Assembly (NCBI GenBank): GCA_951406725.2 | Contig: OX597818.1 | Location: forward strand, 97,340,001-97,404,000 | Direction: 5' to 3' | From: Octopus vulgaris | Lineage: Eukaryota | Length of the DNA: 64,000 nt | Shown here: positions 38,909 through 52,300 of the stretch, piece by piece | Layout: every line of letters begins with the position of its first letter | Numbering within the stretch: position 1 is the first letter of the stretch | The notes under the pieces: generated by a model | The model's database searches: none | Seen by the model: the letters and a program-made list of their open reading frames with translations, nothing else | What the model was told of the DNA's origin: nothing | Program-made: the position numbers and the translations under genes

Positions 38909-40198
38909 TTACACTGCTTTTGTTTCAATTAATTTAGAAAATGATGAATTTTATGAAATAACTGTTATTATTAAGCTACTGTTTGGAAAATAAATAAACT
39001 TGAAATTTTGATGGAAGATTTTAATTTAGATAATTTTGAAGCAGGAAGTTTATATCATTGGACCTAGTCTAAGATGAATTTATATCATTGGACCTAGTCT
39101 AAGATGAATTGGTACCAAAAAGGTTAGGAGATTGTGATATGATAGATTTGGCTGTTATATCTTGCAGGCTGAGTGACCATATAGTGACATAATCACTTTG
39201 TTTATTGTATGAAAAATAAGTCTGCTTTCAATTTAGTTAAGGTAAATAACACATGGTTGTTAACTGCTGAAAAAGGATGTACTTGAAATGAAAGGAAATT
39301 ACTTTAGATTCTTAACTCTTCCTAAAAAAAAAAAAAAAAGATATGCAGCTACAAGAACAAATAGAATTAATATTTTAATATGTATTTCCTTTTATTTATT
39401 TGACTTGGTTCTTTTTTTCTTTTTGTTTTGTTAAAATTAGTGCTTTAAAATGTTCAGGAAAAATATTAAACTATGTTATTTTTTTATGATTCTTTGGGGT
39501 ACTTTTTAAAAAATTTTTTTGTTAATAGAAATCATCAGTGATTGTTTTGGATTTGTGTTGGCTGCTAACCTATCATTACAAGTTACATTTATGCACATAC
39601 ACCTGGTATCTCTTAGAAATCTGATATTTTCAGTATTTTCAATATTTTCCTATTTGACTTATAAGGAAATTTTTTTATTTTTATTGTAACTTGATACTTC
39701 TAAGCTTTGATAAACGTCCTGCTCAAGAAATTTTATATAAATAAATAAAATTTAAATTCATGAACAAATAAATTTTATATTAAATAAGATCATCAAAAAG
39801 CAGTTTCAACAAATCTGAGAACATTAGATTTCACTAACGATCTGATGAAATGATTGAGTGATTTTGTATTGCAGACTTAATCGACATATAATAACATGAA
39901 AATTAAATAGATAATATAAATAAGTAAATAAATAGTAGCTGTTAAAATAATGATGATGAATTTGCTATTTAGACATGTAATAATGATTTGATATTTGTTT
40001 TCAAATAAGAGTTTTATATAACATAACAAATATTTTAAAAATTTTATTGTCTATTAGTTAATAAATTCAATTAATTAATACTTTAATTTCCTGTTGCTTG
40101 ATATGTTTGTGCAAATGTTTATACAAATGCATGGGTGTTTTGGGAAGTTTTCAATAACTGGTGTGAAATGTTATTGAATGTGCTTTTTTTCTGGTTAG

Positions 40199-40297
40199 CT
40201 ACCCCTTCAGAGAAGTCTAAGAAAACTTCAAACTCAAATGGGATGACTCGAACAATATCAAGCAAACTGTATCCCACAGGTTGCTTTTCTTTGGCAG
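40199..40297 (+). CDS. ARFIP: Candidate cassette exon of arfaptin (ATPSEKSKKTSNSNGMTRTISSKLYPT[GCFSLA])
   Basis: Acceptor tgctttttttctggttag|C. Donors CAG|GTTGCT after 40279 (81 nt) and CAG|GTTAGT after 40297 (99 nt). Both are phase 1 to 1 and stop-free; the exon is a GC-richer island in very AT-rich intron. Confidence 0.5.
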
Positions 40298-41321
40298 GTT
40301 AGTTTCTTGAAATCCCAGCTGGTAATTCTTTTTTGAAAAATCTTTTTTTTATTTAATATTTTCAGTCTGTGTATGTGTTTGATCCCTCCCCCTTTATTTT
40401 CTTTTCATTTTCTATGGTTGAGGAAAACATTCGTATTCATTCCAATCTAAAGCTTACTATTCTCTGGGTCTTTGTTTTAATTATTCTCTTGCTTAAACTT
40501 CATCACATTCTTCTGATATTTCCTTTTCTTTTCTTCATCCTTGAAAGTATGTTTTGGTTTCATATTCCACGTGATGCACAGAAGTAGTTTCTTGAATTTT
40601 AATGCTTAACAGTTGGTTTACTGGATTGTTGTTTATGAATTGTTTTTGATGGTGTTGGTTACAATTGTTTCACACTCTTTCTAAGCTTTATCTAAAAACA
40701 AAAATCCTTTTTCTTCCAGACTTTCTGTAGAATTATGTTTTTATATTGGGATAAACAAGAAATCACTCCCTTCTCATCTGCCATCCTTTACTTTTGCATT
40801 TTTGTTTTATTTCAATCTCTCTCTCTCTTTGATAATTGTACTTTTTAAAGTCTGGATTATTTTGTACACACACACACACTTATGTGCACATGCAATGACA
40901 CACCAATATGTGGTTGCATGTATACCTAAATACATACATCATACTGTACAAATTTTTTACATAGTGACATACACATGCCTTTGTTATTTTGTATATGTAT
41001 ATATCACATATGTGTTAATATATATGTGTATGTTAACATGCATATACAGATGCATATGAAAGAAAGTATAGAATATATATTTAGTTTTTGCAGTTATTAA
41101 TTGTACTAATTGCTAAGTCTATAATCTAGAGACATTATCAAGTTGAATTTCATTAACTATTGAAAGAATGTAATTAAAAATAAAATATAAATTTGACTCT
41201 TTAAGAATGGTCCTTATCTATTTGCCTTTATAATGTGTAATGCCTGCAGAAAAGACCAGGGAAAATTTTTGTTTTCTAAAATGCTTTATTTAATTTTGAA
41301 ACTTATATGTTGTCCTAATTA

Positions 41322-42552
41322 CCATAAAAACCCATGTAATTTGTACACCTGTGTAATTTGCACAGGTGATTTTTCAGGATAAAATTTGTTAAAAAAAGTT
41401 TCTACTCATGTAAAATTCGCATCTAAAAGTTTTCAGAATTGTCAATATAGCCAAGGGAAAAAAATGGTTTTCAATTTAGTTGTATTTAGCATATAATTTC
41501 ACTTACTTATGATTAGATTTTTATAAAATTTTCATTAAATAAAAATAATTTCTGTTTAACAGGTATCACATTGAAAGCTGTTAAATTACAAGGTGTTTGT
41601 ATTGTTTATGATAAACTTTATTTCACATTTCTTGCCCACAAGAGATTGTGTCTGATCTTTAGCATACTGTTGTATGTCTTCTTAAATCATGATCACAGGA
41701 AAAGTTGTTAAGAATTACCAACAAAAACAAAGCTGATTAATATGCACAGGTGTTGCAAATTAAGTTTAATTATCAATAAACATCAGCTTGGATGACACTT
41801 TCCTCAACCGACAAGGGAAGGTGACCGATTAGACTGCTTATGTAAATGGAATTCTTTTCACACTTATAAAATGTTGAGCAAACTTAAAAATTTGTCATTA
41901 CCATTATTGTCAGTATGGGCAGAACTTATGAATCATTTACTGTGAAGGAGAAATTAAATATGTTGAATATGAATTTGAACGTGGCAATAGAGCTGCCGGA
42001 AGGCATTTTAATGTTAATGAAGCCAATGTTCGAAATTGGCGTAAACAGTTCAACAAACTTAAAACTGTGCCTGGTAATAGACAAAAATAAAAACATACAA
42101 TCAAGATTGTCCATATTATTACATTTTTTTCAGTCAGGTATATCCATATCACTATGTATATCAATGGTGCTCCATTGCAATAGGTAGAAACTCCAAGCAT
42201 TGTAAAATATGGCCTGAACTGTGTTTACCAGCATGAATGTCAGACTTCAAAAAGTAGTTAACTATTTAATGGTTTTAGTAAATTTATACAGAAAAAGTAA
42301 GCATTATACTGTCTAGCATAAATAAAAGTCAACTTCATTATATTTAAGCCATTAGTTTTTCTGTAAAAACCTATTCTGACGTTAAATGAATCAACTTCAG
42401 GTACAAATGTTTACATTTTGTATGTCTTTTTTCAACAACAAAAATTTCCAAAAAAAATAGAGGAAGCGATCTACTCATGTAATTTACACAACCCCTAAAG
42501 TTAATTTTTATTTTTGTGGAAAAAAGTGCATAAATTACATGGGTTTTTATGG
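41322..42552 (+). mobile_element. Pogo/Tigger-like DNA transposon, internally deleted, with Brinker-type HTH remnant
   Basis: TA|CCATAAAAACCCATGTAATTT ... AAATTACATGGGTTTTTATGG|TA. Frameshifted MGRTYESFTVKEKL / VEYEFERGNRAAGRHFNVNEANVRNWRKQ at about 41915-42050. Confidence 0.85.
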
Positions 42553-43022
42553 TATTAAATATTTCATTGCTTTAAAGTTCTGTTCCAGCTTCAGATCTTG
42601 GTCATATCTTTTATTCTATTCTATTTTATATTTTTAATTTATGACCTCCTCACTGCATAAATTCCTTTGGCAAATATTCTTATAATAATGCCACCTCACT
42701 CACCTACTGTTCTTTCAGCACACAAATTTCATCTATGTGAAATCTCAGCTACTTTCTATCAAGCTGGAATATCTTTCATGAATGGAAACACAAACACATC
42801 TTTCACTGAGCACTCAACTACCTATTCACGTCCAATAGGAGCAAAATATACACAACATATCTCTAGAAAGCACACTCACAACACCCGTTTTTCATATTCA
42901 TGAGACATAAACAAAGTTTTACAATCTCTGATAACCTTGGACGAGACCTTCCGTTCTAAAAATAGCAAGATTAATAAACAATAATTTTTTCCTTTTTAGT
43001 GTGGGAATGTTCAAATTTGGAG

Positions 43023-43233
43023 TACTGTATTTTCTGGCATACAAGTCAACATAGAATATAGTGTAACATGTAGTGTAAATGTTCAGATATTGTGACTATC
43101 TTTCCAAATCCTGCAGCATTTCACATGGAGTTTTTGGTCTTTCGAAGTTGTTTAGGTGTATGACTTGACCTTCTTTTTTTCAGTTGTAAATTTTGGTGTG
43201 AAAAATTCAACTTCTATGCCAGAAAACATGATA
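43023..43233. mobile_element. Pogo-type MITE
   Basis: TIRs tactgtattttctggcata and tatgccagaaaacatgata. Confidence 0.6.
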
Positions 43234-43450
43234 CCTGCTGATCCTTTATTGAACACAAAGACATCCTTCACTAAAGCGCTGTTGACTTTCATAAATAAGC
43301 AGCCAGACACAAAACACGTTCTTGACTACATCATACATAATTATATCTTCTTGATCTTCTCTGTATCTCCATAACTGTTACTATATTGGCTTCAACTTGA
43401 ATCTTTGTAAACTCGGTTATGCTGTACTGCCCTTATAAAACACACAGGAT

Positions 43451-43653
<203 letters not shown>

Positions 43654-44609
43654 CACTTGATGCATCAGTCTCTCTCCTTTTCATATCATCTCTACCTTGG
43701 CTCCAATCCGCATATTCCATCTATACTTAATAGATATATTTTATTCAATTAAAGGAAGAGGGGCAGTGCCAGTATTATTTGCTGCAGATTATCCCAGGCT
43801 AGTCAGATTAATGTAGTTGATATTTAACTTTATCTTCTGTAAACTGATATTTTGGTTGGGTGGGAAGGGAAAAGGAATTTCAAAAGTCAGTCTTTTACGG
43901 TGGTTGTGGGAATGGTTAAACAAGGTTGTAACATGGAACCTGCAAGAGGAAGAGGAGAAGAGGCAGGTGAACTTAGGTAGTTGCGGTATGTTGTGTGATG
44001 TTTCAGAAGATAAGTAGAAGTAGTGTTAGAAGAGGAATTTTATTACTTTTTTTAATGCATTCTTGGATATTTATGTATATAGAAACAATAATGTTCTAGA
44101 TATGGAAGAGTTTGATCAGTTCAATTACCGCGAGGAGAGGAAAATTTAACAATTTGTGGTGTTGCTCATGGTCTTGGAATGAGAGAGCGAAAGAGAGAAA
44201 GAGATAGATTTGTGTTGTGACTTTGGCTGTAAGCTGATAAATGTTCCAGACAGGAGCGAAATGCAGTGACTGTTAATAGAAGCAATTTAAAATTTCTTTT
44301 TCATGTAATTTATTAAACTCTTTAATATAAATGGGGAAAAAGCTAGTCTTACATTTGATCTTTAGAAAAACAATTGTTCAGAACATTGTTTTCACTGAGA
44401 ATTACTTTAAAGTGGGATATTATCTGCTCTCTGTCAAAACTCATCCATTTTTAACTTTGCCTGTTATTGTTGAATTATAGGAACTCTGATAGGATGGGAC
44501 TAGTGTGGTTTCTTGTTCATTTTTCCAGATAGGCATTAAGGAACAGGGAAGTACAAGTTACAGCCTTCTATAATCTTTGTGTGTGTGTGTGTGTGTGTGT
44601 ATAAACATA

Positions 44610-46900
44610 ATATCCTCCTCCTCCATGAGTTGGGTGGGTCTTTTTCAACCATCTGCCACTTGCTGCATTCCTTTGTCATCTCCTTTCTGAGAATTAGCCT
44701 ACTGAGATTAGCTTTTTCCACTTCTTCCCATGTCTTCCTCAGTTTTCCTCTTCCATTTGGATCTCTTGACATTTCTTTATCTTTCTACCATCCATATGCA
44801 TTACATGACCCTTCCAACCTAATCTCTTCTTCACTAATATACTTTTCTTTGTATTCAGTAATTCTCTCAGCTCACATGTGCTGCATCCTTTATGCACACT
44901 AACATTACAGTCCAAGAGTTTGCTTGCTTTATTTCTTTCCAGCTTCTGCACATCCTCTGTTTTGAATGTCTATGTCTTGCTTCCATGCAGCACAACATTT
45001 TATACACAAGCAGCCTACAATCTATCTTTCATTTGTAGAGAGAAATGGCTCCCTGACTTTTTCCCATCCTGATCTTACTCTGATTACTATTCTTGTGGAG
45101 CAATTACTTCTTCCACTGTTAATCAAGTCACTTAAATAACAAATGCAATAAATGACTTTAATGAAACCTTCTGAACATCAGAAAGAATTTATTTCATTGG
45201 TGGTTTTACTGCTAACTATTCCTGTGCATTTGCCTCATTTGAAGACTGGGTTTTGCCAGTTTACCTGTGATCCCATTACATCCTGTGCAGCCTCATTTTA
45301 TATTTATCACACACACAGAATTCTTACCTATTCTTTTTTCCTGCATAGCCAGCATAGCCACTTACCAGGTGACAACCAAGTTCTGTCTTCTTTCTTGTTA
45401 AGACTTCAGTTTTTGCTAAGTTTACTTTAAGACCTCTTGTCTCTAAATTTTGCTACATTTTCTTCCCTGAATCTTTTACAGATTCAGCTATGAGAACTGG
45501 GTCATTAGCACGCAAGATTTCCTTTGGCAAAACCAGTCTTAAATGCCTCTCTTATAGCCCAGGGAGCAATAGTAAACAGGAATAGGCTGAGAACTGAATC
45601 TTGGTTGACACCTTTCTGCACACTGCCAAATCTTAGCATCTTTGGACATAACTTTCACACTGCTCACAAAGCACTCATCTAAACCTTGTTTTCTTAAAGA
45701 TGGCCAGTATCCTGTCCAAGTCCTTTTCTAGATAAGTGAATGCTTGATAGAGTGGTTTACTCATAGTTATCTCTGCAGGATGAAGGAATCAGTGATTCTC
45801 CTAACTTGGCACAAATATAAACTCTCATCTAAGCTTTCTCTTTCTAATCAGTTGTTCTAAAATTCTTTATGCTACTTCTATAACTTGGTTCATCAATTTA
45901 ATAACTCTGTGTTTGCTTCTTTCTAGACTATTTTCTCTTTGCTTTTACAGAAGTTGGCCATGATATAACTGTGCCAGTCGTTGGGTATGACACTTCCCCC
46001 TCCCCATATTCCCTGGTCGTCCATATGAGTAACTAGCTTGAGCTCTACTTCCCTGGATATTTTCAGAATCCCAGTTACTATCGCAAGTCGTCTGGTAGCT
46101 TTGCTGACTTTCAAATCCTTAACCTTATTGCATTTAAACCTGTCATATCCAGCCAAAATATTCTGTTTTATGTTCAAATTGGCCAGATCCAACCTCTCTA
46201 CAATAGCATTGTAAAAATAAACTATCACATTATCGAAATCTCAAAGCTACAAGATAATCCATGATTTGATTCAAAACAATGTGAATAAATAAGCATTATA
46301 TTTGACCGTATAATCTGGATGCTAAAGTATGATGGGCCATTTCAACAATATAACTCACCTAAGTTGGTCCCTCTGTTCAGCCTACATGGGATAGACCCTC
46401 TTTTTCCCTACATTCTCCACATTCTGCAGTCTGTTGTAACATTTTGAAATCTTTTCTCATCATCATTGATGAGGATAAGTTCATCTCCGTCATTTGGATT
46501 ACTCTGACATACTGATTTGCAATCTGGGGGTACATCATGCCTTTAATCCTCACATTGTGGAACATTGGCAAACCTCTTGTTTTTAGCTTCTCTCTGTGCT
46601 ATATATAACTGTTAATTAGCTGTTCTTCTAGCTAGTCAGCATATTGTTCTTTCTTACCATTTTCTTTGTCTTTCTGAGCAATTCTCTTAGCCTTTATAGT
46701 TCTAACTATATTATTATTCCAGTAACATCTCACTTTGTTTGATTGCTCCAACCATTGACTTGGTTATCTGATGGAAACTCCCAGTTGTCCTCTACATTAT
46801 AAGCCCGTATCTCCTCTTTTTTGCTGTAAATGTCACCTAGAACCTCGCAAAACCTACTGAGGGTTCTTTCAGCTTCCTTTTGGAGAAGAAAGGTGTAAAA
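44610..46900 (-). mobile_element. Degraded RTE-type LINE remnant
   Basis: Minus-strand fragments such as LGWKGHVMHMDG and RGKLRKTWEEV (RTE C-terminus) plus RT-like pieces. Boundaries approximate. Confidence 0.6.
46119..46327. mobile_element. Probable piggyBac-type MITE nested in the LINE remnant
   Basis: Begins ttaacc-ttattgcatt and ends atgctaaag. Degenerate TIR and right TTAA not intact. Confidence 0.35.
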
Positions 46901-47644
46901 ACTGAAGGAACCTTTGTGTATTGCTTACTCAGCTCTTATCTTTATCGAGTGGCATAGTTTTCTCTGGTAAAAGACTTAGCATTTGCAACTCTGTAGCTTT
47001 TATGTTTATTGGTGAGCATGAAGTCTCTCCAGCTTATGTGTTCACCTGATTAGTAGGTGATTAAATGATTGGCTGATTACCTTTGCAGATGGCTATGTTA
47101 TTTGTGTCCCAACGCTAAGCCTCAATCCATCCTCATATCCATAACCATCATGTTCTCTGGTGTAGCTATCACAGTGCTGCACAATATATCCATTAAAGTC
47201 ACCAGCCATGATAATTATCCTTCTTTGGACGTTATTACTTTTTAGGTATAATATCTCTCTCTTCTACATTTCTCCCCCTCCTCTCTCTCTCTCTCACACA
47301 TTGACATGAAAATTGGATATATGTTTCTGTGAATGCATGTTTATTTAATATACTTATATATACACACATAAATACAAGAGACTGCAAGCTTTTGCTTGAG
47401 AGAAAATCCTTTTTTAATGCACAAATATACATAGAAAAATTTCTGGAAAATGTTAAATTTATCAGCATTTTAATTTTTTTTTTAACTAAATGCATGTTAA
47501 ATTTAGATAATGATAATTTTTCACTCTGATAATGTCAATTGTTATTTGAGTTTTTCCGTATGCTATTTAATCAAGTGTTGCTGTTTTTTTAAAATCTTTT
47601 GATCAATAAAACTGGAAATTATGCAAGTTTAAGCTGTTGTTTAA

Positions 47645-47865
47645 CCCTTTTGATACTAACTCACCCTAAAATGTCTCTTTGTGGTACAAAGCCACTTACT
47701 TTAAACTGATCACTATATTTAAATTGTATATCATAATTTTATATTAGAACTTTTTTTTAAAATTATACATGAATATTAATAATGAAAATCCTCTAAACTC
47801 TTTGATTACTGAAAAAAAATAATTTGACCACAATATATTTCATTTGAATTATGGTCCCAAAAGGG
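47645..47865. mobile_element. piggyBac-type MITE
   Basis: TTAA|CCCTTTTGATAC ... GGTCCCAAAAGGG|TTAA. Related copies at about 55438-55662 and split at about 38415-38455 and 38910-39126. Confidence 0.75.
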
Positions 47866-48714
47866 TTAATATGTAGAATAGTCATTCTAAATTCTTTTGG
47901 CTTTGTCATGTGCTGGAGATCAAATAAAAAATTTAGTTACTCACTTTGCATGGAAAGCTAAAAGTTACTGTTGTGCTTCACATGGAAAGTTAAAGAAAAT
48001 TTTTTCAAAGTTAAAAATTTAGAAGAAATCTAGTAAACTGAAACATGTGATCTAGATAAATTTACAGCTATTTGTCATCTTTTTAGAAATGATGCACTTT
48101 ATTCTTTAGACAACTCTGTGAAGTAGAAATTTAAACCACTACATTTAACTTATTAGAGTACAGGCATTGCCTTCCTGATTTGCAGATAACATATTTGCTG
48201 AATAGTTAATTAAATAATATATATATATATATATATATATAGGACTGTGTATTGCTGAATACCTGGAACTTGTATAATGTAGATAGCTGTAGATTTATCT
48301 GTTATACATGTTTCAGGTATTCTGATTTACAGTGTTCTATATATACTAATTATAGGCACAGGCTTAACTGTGTGGTAAGAAGCTTGCTTTCTAACTACAC
48401 GATTCCACATTCTGTCTCATTGCATGGGGCACATTGGGCAAGTGTCTTCCATAGCCTCATGCTGACCAAAACCTTATAAGTTGATTTGGTAGATGGAAAC
48501 TGAAAAAAGCCCATTGTATATGAGTGTGTAGCCACCTCTTGACAACTGGTGTTGGTGTATTTACATCCCTGTAACTTGGTTCAGCAAAAAGGAGTGATAG
48601 AAAAAATATCAGGGATCAATTCATTCTACTAAAAATCTCTTCAAGGCAATGTGCTATGCTGGGGCAATGAAACAAGTAAAAGATAATTAATTAACTATTA
48701 ATTGAAGTCTCCCC

Positions 48715-49310
48715 AGTGCACTCTGCTGTGGAATGTCATTGAAACAAATGGAGAAGTTTCAGTATCTCAGAGCTGTATTCATGAGTGATGGTGAGTGGGA
48801 GGTTGAATTTGATGCTAGAATTGCAGGTGCTGGCACAGTAATGCACCAACTGCAGCATTTAGGCCTCACAAGATGAGAGGTAAGTCAAAAAGCACAACTG
48901 TCTTCAATTTGGTTTCCATGCCTATCCTCACCTATGATCATGAATGTTGAGTATCAACTTAAAAGAGTATGATTGCAAATGCAAGCAGCCAAAATGGGAT
49001 TCCACTGAAGGATCTCTGGAGTAATGTTATTTGACAGGTTGCATAGCATCGAGATCAGAGTCTCTCTCCAGGTTGTGCTACTACTACTACTCTACACCCA
49101 CAGCTCTGGTGCTCTGGACATGGGATTAGAATGTCACAGAAATAATCACCAGGTGGATTCTTAAAGCTGAGCCAACTGGTAGGTGACCTAAGAGTACACC
49201 AAGAATGAGATGGTTAGTCACTTGGGAATCCATCTGGAAAGTCTAATGATTCTTGCTTCTGATACAACCCTATAGAAAGGGTGTCTGAAGACACTACCCC
49301 AGTGATAATG
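48715..49310 (+). mobile_element. RTE (Expander/Rex3-like) LINE 3' fragment
   Basis: KQMEKFQYLRAVFMSDGEWEVEFDARIAGA...PILTY...QAAKMGF, matching V..F.YLG..F.SDG....EID.RI..A of RTE elements. Confidence 0.7.
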
Positions 49311-52300
49311 GATGGAGAAGATGAATGGGTTAAATAAGGGAAGATTGTTAATATCATATCCTGATAGAGTTTACATTATAGCTCTCTGAGCGATTGAAGA
49401 ACATCATCCTCAAAACAAATCTGTAAGAGGTTCCCAGTTATTTTTCTGCTCTTGGGGATCTTTTTTTTTTCTTTTTTAAAGCCTGGTACTTATTTTGTTG
49501 GTTTCTTTTGCTGAACTGCTAAGTTACAGGGACATAAGCACACCGACACCATTATCAAGTAGTTGTGGAACACATGAATGTCTCTCTCTCTTTCTCTCCC
49601 CCTCTCTCTCTCTCTATATATATATATATTTACACACACTCACACACCACAAGCTTTTTGCAGTTTCTCTCTCCCAAATCCACTCACAAGGCTTTGGTTG
49701 GCCCGAAGCAATAGTAGAAAACTCTTGTCCAAAGTGCCATGCAGTGGGATTGAACCCAGAACCATGTAGCTGGGTTAACAAACTTGCTGCCAGGATATTT
49801 TCATCCCTCTGTAATCTCTGAAACCAAGACCTTCATAATTAAATCATAACCTGATTTATTCACATTGTGCAGGTTTCAAATTTTTGCATTGTTCTATATA
49901 TTATCAAACAACTATTGCTTATCTTGTCTTCTTCATCATACTTGTGTATAATAAAATTCTAGCATGTTTTTTTTTTAAGAAGTATGAATTTTCTAGTGCC
50001 TTTAATTGTATTTTCAAAAATCCTCAGTACGCCTATTGTTGCGCACACTGTGAGAATCAGTAATTTTTTAGGCTCTCTTATTGCATCATGAAATTTATAG
50101 TTGTAAATATATGTTGGCTTGCTGACTGTAAATTTGGTATGGAAACATACTCTGATGGATATTTTTGCAAATGGTTTCTTCAGTCATTCTGTTGGGGACA
50201 GCCTTTCTAGCATTAGTGGTATGATAAAATGCACCAAGCACACTGTGGAAAGTGGTGATAGGAAAAGCATCCAATATTGGAAATGTCCAAAAATGAAATG
50301 TATGAATGAGACGTGGGTCCTGTAAGCTGCACCAGTCTACTCAGCCCATTCAAAAAGGCAATGATTCTGATTAAGAACTGATGCTGTGTAGAGGGGGGCA
50401 TCTTTAGTTCACTTGCATAGGATAACCTATTTAGTGCAGGTGGCATGTATACACTGTAAGACACACAACTACTAACTTGTCTGATTTTCTCTGTGTATGT
50501 AAGATTAAGATCTTGATGAATGTTGTGACCTGTCCAACCCATGCTGACATTAAAAAGTAGATGGAAAATAGGATTCATTATTTTCTTTTCCTTTTTTTTT
50601 TCATTTTAAACATTTTATAATTAATCATTATTGTTAATGGTAGTATTCATTTAAACCTCTTCTAAAACTTCAGTTCATGCAAAATATTTAATCTTTTAAT
50701 AATCTACAATGCACTGCTAAAACTGAAATGTATGATCCTCTGGCCTTCCTGTAATAACCTAAATTATAGTGACCTGTTCAACCCTTGCCAGCATGAAAGG
50801 TAGGCGTAAAATGATGATGCACTCTAAGGCCTGCAATTATCTGTTTCCATAATGTTTTAAGAGACAAATCTCCTTCTGGCTAGACTGCTAGTATAACATT
50901 GGCTAATTTTCCCTGGTTGACTGCTATGTATTTTCAATAATTTCATGTATCTCCACTTGGACGCAGAAGAAGGATCTTACTATAAGATAATAAGATGGAA
51001 TACTTACAATACATAGTCTGTTAACTGGTTGGCTTGTTATCTCTGTCTTCAGTAACTTAACTTGATAATGAAAATTGCCACAATTAAAACAAATACAATC
51101 TAGTTAAATACACATTTCTATGGCATTATTGAACCTGATCGTTTAAATATAAATCCAGAAAATATAGGAAATCCTGACAAGATGTGATTGGTTCTCTCTG
51201 ATTTCAACAAGTACAGTTAGGTAAATGTTTACGTTGTAGTTCTGTGCTGCTCATTAGCCAGATATGTTTTATACAGACATAATAAAGAAAATAATGTCTG
51301 TACTTAGAAACTTAGAAGGGCAGCATTGATTATTTACTTTTCCTTTACTTTGAATTCTATATAAAAAATTAAAAAAAATAAAAAAAGAACTGATTTGCTT
51401 CCATTGATTGCTGTATTGATCAAGTGTAATCTCTACGAAGCTATTCATGTGAGCTGCAATGGAGAACACCAACTGTAATTGTTTAGTGTATTGCTTTAAA
51501 CTGATCTTCCATTTATTCATTGCAAGCTTCTTTTGAAGCTTGCAGATTTTTTTTTTTCTAAGTGGTATTGAGGTTCATAATATCATCCTCCATCTTTTAT
51601 TTTTTGTGATAAATTTTGAATATTCTTACGTAGCTGCTAGAATTATCCTAGAAACAACCATTAGAATCCCCAAAAAGATTTTTACAATTAATAAACTGTC
51701 TTGATAGAGCAACAAGAGCAAAATGATAAGAAAGGTGTGTCTTGTATTTAAATTAGCTTCACATTTTATGTTACAAATATCTAAAGCACTGAACCTACTA
51801 TAAGATTATTTTAAGAAATTTAGAGAAACAATTTGATTTTTATGTTTTCTGTCTTTTGACAATGTAGTTCTAGGCTTTAGGTATAGAAGCTGTAGTAGAC
51901 AATTGTATATATATCCTATAGAAGTAGTGGCAGACAGCTATAAAATATATCTTTATAAAGACAGCTAATTGCTTAGCCTTTTAAAAGGTAGCTAACATAA
52001 AATGGAATATATTAGATCATAACATACACACACACGTGTATGTATACATTGTCTTTCAGTCTGTCTGTCTGTGTATAATGTGTGTATGTATATATGTATG
52101 TGTGTGTCTGTGTGCACACATATTAGAGTGTGTGTGTGTGTAGGCACATGGCTTAGTGGTCAGATTGTTGCACTCTGATCATGAATCATTGTTTTGATTC
52201 TTACATCAAGTAGTGCATTGTGTTCTTGAGCAAAAGCACTTCATCTCACGTTGCTCTATGGTCATTTCGACATGTGGCACACTTGCACTTCTGTGGGTAA

